Source: a plasmid. Taken from it: a DNA stretch of 64,000 nucleotides. Location: assembly GCF_054482525.1 (NCBI RefSeq), contig NZ_JBTHVG010000003.1. One strand, given 5' to 3'. This document shows positions 50,140-60,153 of the stretch, piece by piece. The notes beneath the pieces are model-generated. The model was not told where the DNA came from. It was given only the letters and a program-made list of their open reading frames with translations, and did no database searches. Positions within the stretch are counted from its first letter, which is position 1. Each line of letters begins with the position of its first letter. A program made the position numbers and the translations under genes.

Positions 50140-50454
50140 AGGGCTGCATCAGCCAGGCCCGGATATAAATACATGCTCTGCCAGGTGAGTACCACTGCCC
50201 GGTAGCCGAATGATAAGTTTTGATTTCACGGTTGCAATTTCTCCCTCTGGCATCACTGCTCCACGATGCACCCCGATCAGCTTAGCGTCTGAAAATGAAG
50301 ATGCACCGGACCTGCATGAAGCGGAACGGTGCCCAGCTGAGTGTTTGTGGGCACAATGAACCGCAATTTCATGATGGGAATGAAAGATGGCTGGTGGCCC
50401 GCTGATATGAACGCTTACCCTGCATAACGTTACTAACCACAATCTTTTCACTAA

Positions 50455-50496
50455 AAGAAAAAAGGGTTCCTCCGCTTTAGAGGAACCCTTTCAAAA
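50455..50496. terminator. Rho-independent (bidirectional) terminator
   Basis: agggttcctc-cgctttag-aggaaccct hairpin flanked by A-run and T-run. Confidence 0.55.
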
Positions 50497-50545
50497 GGTG
50501 CCGATGGCATACTAATCCACACCCTGAAAAGAGGGGGGTTGCCCC

Positions 50546-51884
50546 CATAAGCGCTAACTTAAGGGTTGTGGTATTACGCCTGATATGATTTAACGTGCCG
50601 ATGAATTACTCTCACGATAACTGGTCAGCAATTCTGGCCCATATTGGTAAGCCCGAAGAACTGGATACTTCGGCACGTAATGCCGGGGCTCTAACCCGCC
50701 GCCGCGAAATTCGTGATGCTGCAACTCTGCTACGTCTGGGGCTGGCTTACGGCCCCGGGGGGATGTCATTACGTGAAGTCACTGCATGGGCTCAGCTCCA
50801 TGACGTTGCAACATTATCTGACGTGGCTCTCCTGAAGCGGCTGCGGAATGCCGCCGACTGGTTTGGCATACTTGCCGCACAAACACTTGCTGTACGCGCC
50901 GCAGTTACGGGTTGTACAAGCGGAAAGAGATTGCGTCTTGTCGATGGAACAGCAATCAGTGCGCCCGGGGGCGGCAGCGCTGAATGGCGACTACATATGG
51001 GATATGATCCTCATACCTGTCAGTTCACTGATTTTGAGCTAACCGACAGCAGAGACGCTGAACGGCTGGACCGATTTGCGCAAACGGCAGACGAGATACG
51101 CATTGCTGACCGGGGATTCGGTTCGCGTCCCGAATGTATCCGCTCACTTGCTTTTGGAGAAGCTGATTATATCGTCCGGGTTCACTGGCGAGGATTGCGC
51201 TGGTTAACTGCAGAAGGAATGCGCTTTGACATGATGGGTTTTCTGCGCGGGCTGGATTGCGGTAAGAACGGTGAAACCACTGTAATGATAGGCAATTCAG
51301 GTAATAAAAAAGCCGGAGCTCCCTTTCCGGCACGTCTCATTGCCGTATCACTTCCTCCCGAAAAAGCATTAATCAGTAAAACCCGACTGCTCAGCGAGAA
51401 TCGTCGAAAAGGACGAGTAGTTCAGGCGGAAACGCTGGAAGCAGCGGGCCATGTGCTATTGCTAACATCATTACCGGAAGATGAATATTCAGCAGAGCAA
51501 GTGGCTGATTGTTACCGTCTGCGATGGCAAATTGAACTGGCTTTTAAGCGGCTCAAAAGTTTGCTGCACCTGGATGCTTTGCGTGCAAAGGAACCTGAAC
51601 TCGCGAAAGCGTGGATATTTGCTAATCTACTCGCCGCATTTTTAATTGACGACATAATCCAGCCATCGCTGGATTTCCCCCCCAGAAGTGCCGGATCCGA
51701 AAAGAAGAACTAACTCGTTGTGGAGAATAACAAAAATGGTCATCTGGAGCTTACAGGTGGCCATTCGTGGGACAGTATCCCTGACAGCCTACAAAACGCA
51801 ATTGAAGAACGCGAGGCATCGTCTTAACGAGGCACCGAGGCGTCGCATTCTTCAGATGGTTCAACCCTTAAGTTAGCGCTTATG
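50546..51884 (+). mobile_element. IS186 (IS4 family) with perfect 23-bp terminal IRs and 11-bp target site duplication GGGGTTGCCCC
   Basis: IRs cataagcgctaacttaagggttg / caacccttaagttagcgcttatg; TSD at 50535-50545 and 51885-51895; boundaries +/-1 bp. Confidence 0.9.
50595..51713 (+). CDS. IS186 transposase (IS4 family DDE)
   Basis: ...MNYSHDNWSAILAHIGKPEELD... and ...DCYRLRWQIELAFKRLKS... signature. Confidence 0.9.
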   Translation: MPMNYSHDNWSAILAHIGKPEELDTSARNAGALTRRREIRDAATLLRLGLAYGPGGMSLREVTAWAQLHDVATLSDVALLKRLRNAADWFGILAAQTLAVRAAVTGCTSGKRLRLVDGTAISAPGGGSAEWRLHMGYDPHTCQFTDFELTDSRDAERLDRFAQTADEIRIADRGFGSRPECIRSLAFGEADYIVRVHWRGLRWLTAEGMRFDMMGFLRGLDCGKNGETTVMIGNSGNKKAGAPFPARLIAVSLPPEKALISKTRLLSENRRKGRVVQAETLEAAGHVLLLTSLPEDEYSAEQVADCYRLRWQIELAFKRLKSLLHLDALRAKEPELAKAWIFANLLAAFLIDDIIQPSLDFPPRSAGSEKKN

Positions 51885-51907
51885 GGGGTTGCCCCCCTCT
51901 TTGTCAG

Positions 51908-52066
51908 CTACTTACCGGATTCGTAGGCCAGGATAGCAAATACCTCCCTTGTTCCGTCTTTCATCCGCAACTCGCAAAGCGAGTTTCGTGTGAGCCAGGT
52001 GAATATCAACAGCGTTAAACAAACTATTAATATGCACAAAACAATGGGTTGGTTCGGCATTTTCAT
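51908..52066 (-). CDS. hok: Hok/Gef-family type I toxin (52 aa)
   Basis: [52 protein letters not shown] matches the Hok family; ORF-track N-terminal extension is a mok-like upstream frame. Confidence 0.8.
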   Translation of the reverse strand: MKMPNQPIVLCILIVCLTLLIFTWLTRNSLCELRMKDGTREVFAILAYESGK

Positions 52067-52164
52067 GGCCTTCTTCTCCTTGCATTTAAGCAGGCAAGAG
52101 GCTACGCTGTGTGTGACTAGCATACAGGGGCCTCGGGTTGTACTGACCCCAGAAAGTTGGACAG

Positions 52165-53016
52165 TTAAACACGAGGCATATAGGTCTGATTCCGATATTC
52201 AATTGGAGTCAGACCTTTTAATTTCAGGCTAATTCTTCTGCTGTTGTAGTATTCAATATATTCCGTAACAGCATCCTTCAGCTCGCTTATATTACTGAAC
52301 TCATCAAGATAAAAACACTCCGACTTTAAGGTTCCAAAGAAACACTCCACCACAGCATTATCCAGACAATTGCCTTTTCTGGACATGCTTTGTTTAATAC
52401 CATGTTCTTTAAGGATATTTTGATATCTTCTCATACGATACTGCCATCCCTGGTCAGAGTGCAGAACAGGATGCTCGTGAGGATTAAGCTTTTTGAATGC
52501 CTGATCGAGCATATTCTCGACCATGTTCATCACTGGTCTTTCCGAAAGGCTGTAAGAAATAACTTCGTTGTTGAAGAGATCTATTACTGGAGACAAATAC
52601 AGCTTGCGCCCATTGACTGCAAATTCAGTAACATCGGTAACCCACTTCTCGTTTGGCCGCGTAGCCTTGAAATCTCTTTGGAGAACATTGGGGGCGGTTT
52701 GCCCTACCTCTCCTCTGTAAGAGCGGTATCGCTTGACCTTAATCGCTGCCTTCAGTGAGAGGATTCCCATCAGGCGCTGAACAGCTTTATGGTTAATCTG
52801 TTTCCCTTCTCGATGAAGAGACAGCGTTACCCTACGGTATCCGTATCGGCCTCTATTCTCATGATAAATCTCACCAATACGCTTTTTAACGTCCGCATAC
52901 TTGTCAGGCTTGCTGAGAGCCTTTAGATGGTAATAAAACGTACTGCGCGGTATCTCCGCAGCCCTGAGAAGCTCATCAAGAGGATAAAACTGCCTTAGCT
53001 CGTTGAGTACTTTCAC
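52165..53016 (-). CDS. IS150 transposase OrfB (DDE domain)
   Basis: 283 aa; IS3-family integrase core. Confidence 0.9.
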   Translation of the reverse strand: MKVLNELRQFYPLDELLRAAEIPRSTFYYHLKALSKPDKYADVKKRIGEIYHENRGRYGYRRVTLSLHREGKQINHKAVQRLMGILSLKAAIKVKRYRSYRGEVGQTAPNVLQRDFKATRPNEKWVTDVTEFAVNGRKLYLSPVIDLFNNEVISYSLSERPVMNMVENMLDQAFKKLNPHEHPVLHSDQGWQYRMRRYQNILKEHGIKQSMSRKGNCLDNAVVECFFGTLKSECFYLDEFSNISELKDAVTEYIEYYNSRRISLKLKGLTPIEYRNQTYMPRV

Positions 53017-53534
53017 TTTTTCGTGGGATGAGCTAAGGCTTTCAGCTTTTTTAGATACACAAGCCGCGTTTCAAGAAATCGAACTTGCCTTTCAAGATCC
53101 TCAATGCGTCGGTCTTTTGACAGCTCCAATGCTGATGCCGCTTTTTCTGGATCAACTGATATTGCAATGTTTCTTTTGGTGCCAATCTTGAGCGCGCGTA
53201 AACCAGCTTCTCCGCGCTCTTCATAAACCTTCAGCCACCTGGCTACAGAACCACTACCAGCAAGCATAAAGTGAGCAGCAGCCTGATTAAGGGACATGTG
53301 CTGCTCGATCACCGCTTTCACGACCTTAATACGCAACTCAGGATCAGCACTAACACCTTTAGGTTTGGGAATTAAACCTTTTTCTCCATGTTTTTCATAG
53401 AGGGCAACCCATGTCCTGACCTGGGTTCGGGGGACACCAAAACGTGCCGAGATGATCCTGTAACCATCATCAGTAGTGAAGTAGTGATTCACGACTTCAA
53501 GGCGCTTTTCAAAAGGGTATTTTGGCTTTGACAT
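53013..53534 (-). CDS. IS150 transposase OrfA (HTH)
   Basis: 173 aa; overlaps orfB as expected for a frameshift-fusion arrangement. Confidence 0.9.
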   Translation of the reverse strand: MSKPKYPFEKRLEVVNHYFTTDDGYRIISARFGVPRTQVRTWVALYEKHGEKGLIPKPKGVSADPELRIKVVKAVIEQHMSLNQAAAHFMLAGSGSVARWLKVYEERGEAGLRALKIGTKRNIAISVDPEKAASALELSKDRRIEDLERQVRFLETRLVYLKKLKALAHPTKK

Positions 53535-53866
53535 ATCAGGGGCTATTCCATTTCATCGTCCAACAAAATGGGTGCAGTACAGGTTAATTGAAAAATTACT
53601 CGGGGCTTTCTGCTTTTACCACAGTCAAACAGTGTTACCGCTGGCTGGGGCAAAAGCCTCCAGCACCAGCGTCATTATATCACTCTGCCCTGATCAGCCA
53701 AACACCCTGCCTGCATAAATCATTGATTTATAATTTATTTGACATGAGTCACTTCCGGTTGTCGGAGACAGTCTTTTTACACTAAAGAAAAGGGTAACGG
53801 GCAGCTGCTTGGTCGGAACATACAGTGCAGTTCCTGCCCGTTTAATTTCCGGATGCAATGGTAGGA

Positions 53867-54472
53867 TCAGGAGGCACTGGTTCCGTTGATTAGGGAAAGC
53901 TTATGTGCCTGAATACGGCTGTATTCGAGATGGGATGGAATATTACAGATGCGCTCCAGTCGATCATGCAGCCTCGTGTAGGTCAGTCGATGAATACCGG
54001 ACATTTCATCAAGTAGCCAGCGCTTGATGTAAGGGTTACAGGAAAGCCGGGCAAGATCGTCGTCATCCACTTCGTCAAAGAACCAGTACTGCTCCATCGG
54101 GACTACCTGAAATATCCACGGCCGGGGATAGTCCCCTGTGACAACCAAAAACCATGCGAGAAAGCATAGACACAGCTCAACGATCATCAGCATCGAAAAT
54201 TGCGAATAACTTAGACCAGGCACATAGGGTGAACTATCCGCAACATACCCCCTGAACAATTCCGCCACAAGGTAGCCCAATAGCGACAAGGCCAGCATCA
54301 GGGTCAGGATTAATCCCCCATTAAACGCTACCGAAGCCTTTTGAACCCGATCAGGTGCTGTCCGGCTGCGATAGTTGGTCACTACTCTTTCTACAAGTGC
54401 CCTTATGGCAGCCTGTTCTTTACTGACATCAGCTCCGGAAAAACCGGACGGGCTTTTATTTAATTCAGTCAT
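53867..54472 (-). CDS. Membrane protein, hypothetical
   Basis: 201 aa with hydrophobic helices. Confidence 0.4.
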   Translation of the reverse strand: MTELNKSPSGFSGADVSKEQAAIRALVERVVTNYRSRTAPDRVQKASVAFNGGLILTLMLALSLLGYLVAELFRGYVADSSPYVPGLSYSQFSMLMIVELCLCFLAWFLVVTGDYPRPWIFQVVPMEQYWFFDEVDDDDLARLSCNPYIKRWLLDEMSGIHRLTYTRLHDRLERICNIPSHLEYSRIQAHKLSLINGTSAS

Positions 54473-54687
54473 ACCCCACTCCTGTTATGTGCTCTACTGA
54501 ACAAACACGTAGATCATACAGAGCTCACGGACGCACTCCTGCCAGATAAAGGAGGGAATTTGGCTGTAAGACGGTTAGCCAACAGTTCAGGTTATGCGTG
54601 GGATCCGGCCAGTCAGAAAGGATTCCGTTATTAACAGGCAAGGTTAAAGGCAGATGGACGTTGAAATTGTGGATGCTAAAAGGGGTA

Positions 54688-54969
54688 TTACTCTTTTTCC
54701 TGCATAGCGGCTTTTTCAGCCCGGGTGGCCAGGCGAGCATTTCCGAAAGGTTCACGGACAAGCAGGGGCTTCTCCTTCTTCCAGCCCCTGATAGCCGTTT
54801 CTCCAAAACGACGTGGTGCATTGCCGTTCCAGCGAGCAATCACATGATTATCATGAATTTCTATAATGACAACGGGGTGGACAATGACCGTTGTAATGGT
54901 GGTATTTCCCATTTTGGTACGGGTTACAGACCAAACCTGCATCCCGGATTCCAGCTGGCTGATTTTCAT
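54688..54969 (-). CDS. Hypothetical protein
   Basis: 93-aa ORF. Confidence 0.3.
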   Translation of the reverse strand: MKISQLESGMQVWSVTRTKMGNTTITTVIVHPVVIIEIHDNHVIARWNGNAPRRFGETAIRGWKKEKPLLVREPFGNARLATRAEKAAMQEKE

Positions 54970-55343
54970 ATTATATCCTTAAGCCAACACGAACTGCGCC
55001 ACAAAAATTAATGTGGCGCAATTTACCATAAACAATAAACATCAGATACCCGTGAAGAGATTTCCCTTTATTTTAAAATTCTTCTGGAGAAAAAATGATA
55101 TTTCCAGAAGAAGTCAGCGAAATTCAGAAACGGCCATCACAATGGTGCTGCGCTGACGCTGGCGTTCTGCCTTGCGCTGCCTGCGGCGATAGATCTATTT
55201 TGCGCTGACGTAAGGGCAGTCCTCACGGGTATACCAGCAGCAGCCGCAAGGTTCGGGCCGGGGTTTTCCGGCAAGTCCAAATGGTTTCATCAAGTCACCT
55301 TTTTAATATTTTTAATGGCAAGATACTTCCCTAACACATTGTT

Positions 55344-55655
55344 TTATCGCATATAACGCTGTTGCATAAACAGATACAGATAACCCTCAGGAGAAAACAT
55401 GCAAAGGTTATCAGTGATAACCGCATCCAGATACCGAGTGTCAGTCTGTAAACGTTTTATCACCAGAAAATGTGCTGCCGCAGCCTTAATGCCAGAACTA
55501 CCGTTTACAACATTATGTATACCCGCTTCGAATAACGAACGAGCATGAATTACCTTTTCCCGGGCCGCTTCGATCTCCGCATTAATAACGCATTGCCGCG
55601 CCTGGATGACTGCCTCTCCGGTTAAATCGCGGAAATTCATTAGAGATGTGATCAT
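55344..55655 (-). CDS. Hypothetical protein
   Basis: 103-aa ORF. Confidence 0.35.
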   Translation of the reverse strand: MITSLMNFRDLTGEAVIQARQCVINAEIEAAREKVIHARSLFEAGIHNVVNGSSGIKAAAAHFLVIKRLQTDTRYLDAVITDNLCMFSPEGYLYLFMQQRYMR

Positions 55656-55877
55656 GATTAACTCTCCAGATTATGTGGAATCATTATAACAACTGGCATC
55701 CCGCCACAAATAACCTGAGAAAAATTCTTTGAAATATTCCTATATATAAGGAATTACAGTCGGAAAAGAAACGATGAAATAGCGCCGACCGCTTAAAATC
55801 GATAAATTAAAATGGACGGCACTGGAATGAAAAACTGAAAGTAGTAAGACCGTAATTATCCTTCACGGATGTAAGCT

Positions 55878-56078
55878 TTATAAGAGGAGTACTGGCAAAG
55901 CTTTGCCAAGTACTTCGGCGGTTGTGTCTACGATTTTACGGATGTCATCGATCTGCGAAGGCTTATTCAACACCACCGTAAAAAGCTCTCCTTCGTTATC
56001 AGCCTGCTCGCAGTTTCCGTATCGGCTCCCGTCGTACAGCTGCACAATACGTGACATAGAAGACTTTGTTTGTTTCAT
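55878..56078 (-). CDS. Small hypothetical protein
   Basis: 66-aa ORF downstream of the 74-aa paralog gene. Confidence 0.3.
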   Translation of the reverse strand: MKQTKSSMSRIVQLYDGSRYGNCEQADNEGELFTVVLNKPSQIDDIRKIVDTTAEVLGKALPVLLL

Positions 56079-56117
56079 GGCTTTGCACCTGCTTTTAGGC
56101 AGTTTGGTTACTGGTTA

Positions 56118-56342
56118 TCAGAAGCTGGTTTCATGCGCTTCCGGCTGGGACACGAACTGGTATTTGACGCCGCCAGGCACACCTACTGCTTCGGCAATAG
56201 AGTCGCAAAGCCGCGATAAATCATTTAGTGTCATCGGATATTCAATATCTACAGAATATAAAGCACCTGCATTTTCAGCATCTTCGATGTTTTTATACTG
56301 GGCACTAAATATAGCAATGGTCTGAATTTCGTGGTTATGCAT
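56118..56342 (-). CDS. Small conserved protein, paralog A (shares motif with 61307..61546)
   Basis: ...DIEYPMTLNDLSRLCDSIAEAVGVPGGVKYQF... vs ...DIEHPMTLNDLSLLCESVADAVGAPGGIKYEI... Confidence 0.5.
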   Translation of the reverse strand: MHNHEIQTIAIFSAQYKNIEDAENAGALYSVDIEYPMTLNDLSRLCDSIAEAVGVPGGVKYQFVSQPEAHETSF

Positions 56343-56396
56343 GAACCGGTCCTTATTAAATTATAAAAGCCACCCGAGAGTGGCCTGAGTTGAAAC

Positions 56397-56600
56397 TTAA
56401 ATCTGTGAAGTATTTTTGAGAGATTTTTTGCGATCCAGATGCCGGGCAACAATGGTTCCGATAACAAGTAGCATGATGACCGCACTGAAGAAGGTGCTGT
56501 CAGGGACGCCCTGGAAAAAATCACTGAAACTGTAAACAATAAAAATCAATGCGCAAAAATAGAAAACGATACGAACATAAGGGGTAAAAAACATTTTCAT
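56397..56600 (-). CDS. Small membrane protein, hypothetical
   Basis: 67 aa, hydrophobic; palindrome copy 141 bp upstream. Confidence 0.35.
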   Translation of the reverse strand: MKMFFTPYVRIVFYFCALIFIVYSFSDFFQGVPDSTFFSAVIMLLVIGTIVARHLDRKKSLKNTSQI

Positions 56601-56740
56601 CGGTTGCCTTCCATTCAGGGAGAATTCTCAGTAATTACATCACACCTGAAGAGAAACTATTTTCGTATAAATGAGCATTTTCGACATATCAGAGGGGGGG
56701 TTTACTCATAAATGAGGTAGTAAGGGTCACACTTGAGGTG

Positions 56741-56751
56741 AAAGTTACTTT
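56741..56751. promoter_or_regulatory. AAAGT(A/T)ACTTT palindrome copy
   Basis: gtGAAAGTTACTTTCCtg; upstream of gene 56397..56600. Confidence 0.5.
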
Positions 56752-56779
56752 CCTGGCTGCGAACGAACTATCTCAAATG

Positions 56780-57073
56780 TTAGAGGTGTGCGTTCGCCTT
56801 GAGAGCCTCATGCCCTGAGGAGCTCAACTTGAGCCGATAGTATAAACCTGGCTCCAGATGGCTTGCTGGCTGGCATAACTCCACGAGGCCGAGCCGGAAC
56901 AGGACCGGAGAGCTCCTGCACGTCACATCATCAGGATTCCCCATAAACGTACGCCGTTCTCTGGCCCGTCTGAAATTGCCAGAGATATCATAGACCGTGC
57001 CGGATGCCATCCGTCGTAACACGTAAATCTGTGCCATTGTAAGCTTCTGGGCGGAACTGCTTAAACCTGACAT
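56780..57073 (-). CDS. Hypothetical protein
   Basis: 97-aa ORF. Confidence 0.3.
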   Translation of the reverse strand: MSGLSSSAQKLTMAQIYVLRRMASGTVYDISGNFRRARERRTFMGNPDDVTCRSSPVLFRLGLVELCQPASHLEPGLYYRLKLSSSGHEALKANAHL

Positions 57074-57152
57074 ACCTTCCCCTCCTTATATAAAACAATC
57101 CGCCAGCAGCTCGACTGGCGGACAATGTTTGACTGGCAACAGCAAGGACATA

Positions 57153-57644
57153 CTATTTAGTGACAAGTTTGATCTTGGTTTCACTCATTCGAAGTCGAAA
57201 CTCCTGAAAACCCTGCTCTACCGCTAACTCCAGCCACTCAACGGGAATGGTATAGCTACAATCAGACCCACCCAAAGCGGCATCACAAGCGTAATCCCAG
57301 TCCTCATCCAGTTTTGGATTCATCCCCTGGGCGTAAGCCACAGTATCGCGGGATGCGGGAGAGCCCTCAAGCTCAGCATTAGTGATCAGGTATACACCAT
57401 GACTGTGCGCGAGAAGCACTTTTGGCACCAGATGTGTGCTGGCAATTTTTGAGGATGAGGGAAAGAAAACCCTACCAGCTTTACGCGCCTCTTCTTCAGT
57501 CTGTCCCTCAGCGTTAAGGAGGGCTCCCCCCGGATAGCATGCCGGGTCATAGATCTGATCTGCGGTGACCGAAAACGTTTTTGCGGTGCGAATTTCTTCG
57601 ATCAGTTTATTAATATCCGCCATTTCAAATACGAGAGTGGTCAC
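57153..57644 (-). CDS. Hypothetical protein
   Basis: 163-aa ORF. Confidence 0.4.
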   Translation of the reverse strand: MTTLVFEMADINKLIEEIRTAKTFSVTADQIYDPACYPGGALLNAEGQTEEEARKAGRVFFPSSSKIASTHLVPKVLLAHSHGVYLITNAELEGSPASRDTVAYAQGMNPKLDEDWDYACDAALGGSDCSYTIPVEWLELAVEQGFQEFRLRMSETKIKLVTK

Positions 57645-57648
57645 AGGC

Positions 57649-57996
57649 TTACTCTCCCTCTTCAGTGGACAACATCAGATACTTTGTTGCCAGCAGAAGC
57701 TCTCCCACATCCTTGAGGGACAATTCAGCTTTGCCTTCTACGGCAAGCTGCAAGCGCTGTCGAATTGCATGAACAGAATCTGAAGATAAAGATGCCATTT
57801 TGCGCAAAACGGCATTAGCCTTTTCTACAGCAGGATACAGAATTTCTGAGTTGGTATTATCTTCGTCATTATCAAAGATAATTTCAGAATCCATATTGAT
57901 GTTATCTTCAAGCCAGCTTGAAAGCACTTCAAGTAATGACATCACCTTTTCAATTTGCATATCGCCTCCTCTGTTAATGTGAAACAAATATAACAA
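57649..57996 (-). CDS. Acidic hypothetical protein
   Basis: 115 aa, Asp/Glu-rich. Confidence 0.4.
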   Translation of the reverse strand: MLYLFHINRGGDMQIEKVMSLLEVLSSWLEDNINMDSEIIFDNDEDNTNSEILYPAVEKANAVLRKMASLSSDSVHAIRQRLQLAVEGKAELSLKDVGELLLATKYLMLSTEEGE

Positions 57997-58475
57997 AGTG
58001 GCTTACCCGGCTAATAACCTGAGCAGAAAGTTTTCGCACTTTGTTTGAAAACAACTTTTCTGCTCAGGTTAATGTTAAAGTCGCTGTGTAAAAGATAAAG
58101 GGCACTAAAGATGATTTAAGCATCAAACAGACTAAATCGGATTCCGTCTTTTATATCGCTTTTAAAATAGAATGAATGAAATATAAATTTAGCGTTTATG
58201 ATTGAACGCTGTAGAGGTTGATTTATCCAGTGATATTCAGTTTGGGGCCTTAAAAAGGTTTTATTTTGGATTCGAATTACAAAGGGAGCACCGACATTTT
58301 TCTGGGGGCTCCCGCAGAGAAAAAGCGGTGAGGCTATGAAGACGAAGAGGAGGTATTCGACGAAATACTGTATGGCCACAGGAGAGCTTCAGCACCCATA
58401 TCCTGCCGTCTCGCTCGCCTGTAATGATTTCAACATGTACAACGTCATACCACGTAGTTGTATTTCTCACTTTGT

Positions 58476-58796
58476 TTATGCTTCCTGACACCGTGTGAAC
58501 GCAATCTTCGTCTGGATGCGTTCATAGATGGAAAACTGCCTTTCAATGGAACCGGCATTAGACAGTAATTCATGAAGCTCAGCAGAGTCTGTATCGGGAA
58601 CGATAGCTACAGAAACTCCATATCTCCGTCCAATTTTGATTAGGTGCGCAAGCTGTTCTTTTTCGGATTCTGTGAGCATTGCCAGATCTCTTCCGGACAC
58701 CTGCTCTATAAACGAACCAAGGTTTTTGGGAAAAAAGGGTTCGGCATCAGAGTTATGTGCTGGGCGCGTCTGCGGCTTATCGAAGCTATTGGGCAT
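58476..58796 (-). CDS. Hypothetical protein
   Basis: 106-aa ORF. Confidence 0.35.
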   Translation of the reverse strand: MPNSFDKPQTRPAHNSDAEPFFPKNLGSFIEQVSGRDLAMLTESEKEQLAHLIKIGRRYGVSVAIVPDTDSAELHELLSNAGSIERQFSIYERIQTKIAFTRCQEA

Positions 58797-58947
58797 GAAT
58801 AGAACCTATACAGTTAGAGAACTGGAGAATGGATAAAGACTCTATGAAAATCAGTTGTGCTACACTCGAATGCTAATCAAGCTTTATGATGGCTTTAGTA
58901 GGGATGGCCGTCAACTTAAACCGATAAGAAGGGAGCCATTTATCGTT

Positions 58948-58958
58948 AAAGTAACTTT
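58948..58958. promoter_or_regulatory. AAAGT(A/T)ACTTT palindrome copy
   Basis: tTAAAGTAACTTTCCCgg; intergenic. Confidence 0.5.
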
Positions 58959-58975
58959 CCCGGATGATGCTCTTT

Positions 58976-59203
58976 TTACGAAATAAGTTTCTCACACTCC
59001 TGTATAAGAGTCGCCCTGGAACGAGATCGACTGGCTTTGCTTAATGAAGAGCGTAGTTGATGTTCATCAACCCCATCAGCGATAAACTGACCGATTTTTG
59101 TTTCAAGCCGCTGCATTGCCTCGTAAAGCTTGGCATCCGCATTATTTTTAAGAAACCTCAGTATATAATCAGCAATAATTTGGACGGGAGTGAACTTATA
59201 CAT
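58976..59203 (-). CDS. Small hypothetical protein
   Basis: 75-aa ORF. Confidence 0.3.
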   Translation of the reverse strand: MYKFTPVQIIADYILRFLKNNADAKLYEAMQRLETKIGQFIADGVDEHQLRSSLSKASRSRSRATLIQECEKLIS

Positions 59204-59430
59204 TATGTATCCTTAAGACGTTGTGTTAAATGATTCAAAAAAATTTATAACCAGACGTAAATTATTATACATAAGTAAGCACTTTAGCTAACAAGCTGGA
59301 GGAGTGAATTTCGGTTAGCAACTATATTTTAGAAGCTGATTGCTGAATAGACAAAGCCCGGCTTACCGGGCATTCATTTAATTAGATGCTAGAAATCTGA
59401 CCCGTCGTCTGACTTTTATTCCAGGCAGAG

Positions 59431-60042
59431 TTAGGAACTAATAATGATGGCCTGGTCAGTTTGAGGAAGCCGGTTTCCTCTGATAAATGCAGGGTGGTTT
59501 AAACGAGAAGAAGAAATGGTCATCGCCAGAAATGTCTCTTCACGCGAACGCAGAAATTCCCCCCATGAATAGGTTTCCCATACGTCGTGAGAAAGGTCGG
59601 ATTCCTTTATGTACCGGGATTGCATTGTTGGCTCAAAATCGACAGGGGCTAAACTGTCATAGGATGGATGAACACGGTACCCCAATCCCTCCTCCGTCTG
59701 ATGGTATGCATGTGCCAAAAGGACATCGTGGGAGACCAGGTCATAGTCGTTGTCCTGAACGAGCGTTTTTACGGTATGACTAATTTCCCCAAAGCCGTCT
59801 ATTTCCCAGAGCGTTATCATTGTGAACTCAGCTAAAGTTCGTGGGCTCTTTACCAGAAAGCCATTTAATGCTCGTCGCCCCTTCAGCATGCCAACGTGGT
59901 AGGTCTTGTTGGGATAGGGTTTCATTGCCACCAGCGAATCAGCTTTAAGCTCAAGTGACAATTCAGGGACAGACACGGACATGAGAGTACACTTGTTTTT
60001 CATATGGTGAAGAATACGTGGCACAAGATGCAGATACATCAT
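59431..60042 (-). CDS. Hypothetical protein
   Basis: 203-aa ORF; true start may be internal. Confidence 0.4.
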   Translation of the reverse strand: MMYLHLVPRILHHMKNKCTLMSVSVPELSLELKADSLVAMKPYPNKTYHVGMLKGRRALNGFLVKSPRTLAEFTMITLWEIDGFGEISHTVKTLVQDNDYDLVSHDVLLAHAYHQTEEGLGYRVHPSYDSLAPVDFEPTMQSRYIKESDLSHDVWETYSWGEFLRSREETFLAMTISSSRLNHPAFIRGNRLPQTDQAIIISS

Positions 60043-60153
60043 TTTCTCCTTTTATGGATATAACTGGCAGATCCTCAGCAGCATCAAAATAGTTAATAGA
60101 CTTTTTTAATTGGTTAACCACTGTTGATTGACTTGTTTTATGTCTCTGAGAAA

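Larger units (their letters stand above)
52139..53581 (-). mobile_element. IS150 (IS3 family, 1443 bp) with 3-bp target site duplication GGT
   Basis: Ends TGTACTG...CAGTACA; orfA and orfB inside; TSD ggt at 52136-52138 and 53582-53584. Confidence 0.9.

Noticed and set aside
50149-50451. ORF 50149..50451 (-), 100 aa
   Set aside because: Lies between a terminator and the IS186 target hairpin; His/Ser/Ala-rich translation without motifs; probably noncoding.
51688-51876. ORF 51688..51876 (+) at the IS186 3' end
   Set aside because: Overlaps the transposase 3' end and terminal IR; not a known IS186 gene.
54598-55011. ORF 54598..55011 (+)
   Set aside because: Antisense to minus-strand ORF 54688..54969 in a region where all neighbouring genes are minus-strand; neither frame is strongly supported, plus frame dropped.
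58116-58491. Overlapping small ORFs 58116..58379 and 58261..58491 (-)
   Set aside because: Mutually overlapping in different frames, no clear start signals; left unannotated.
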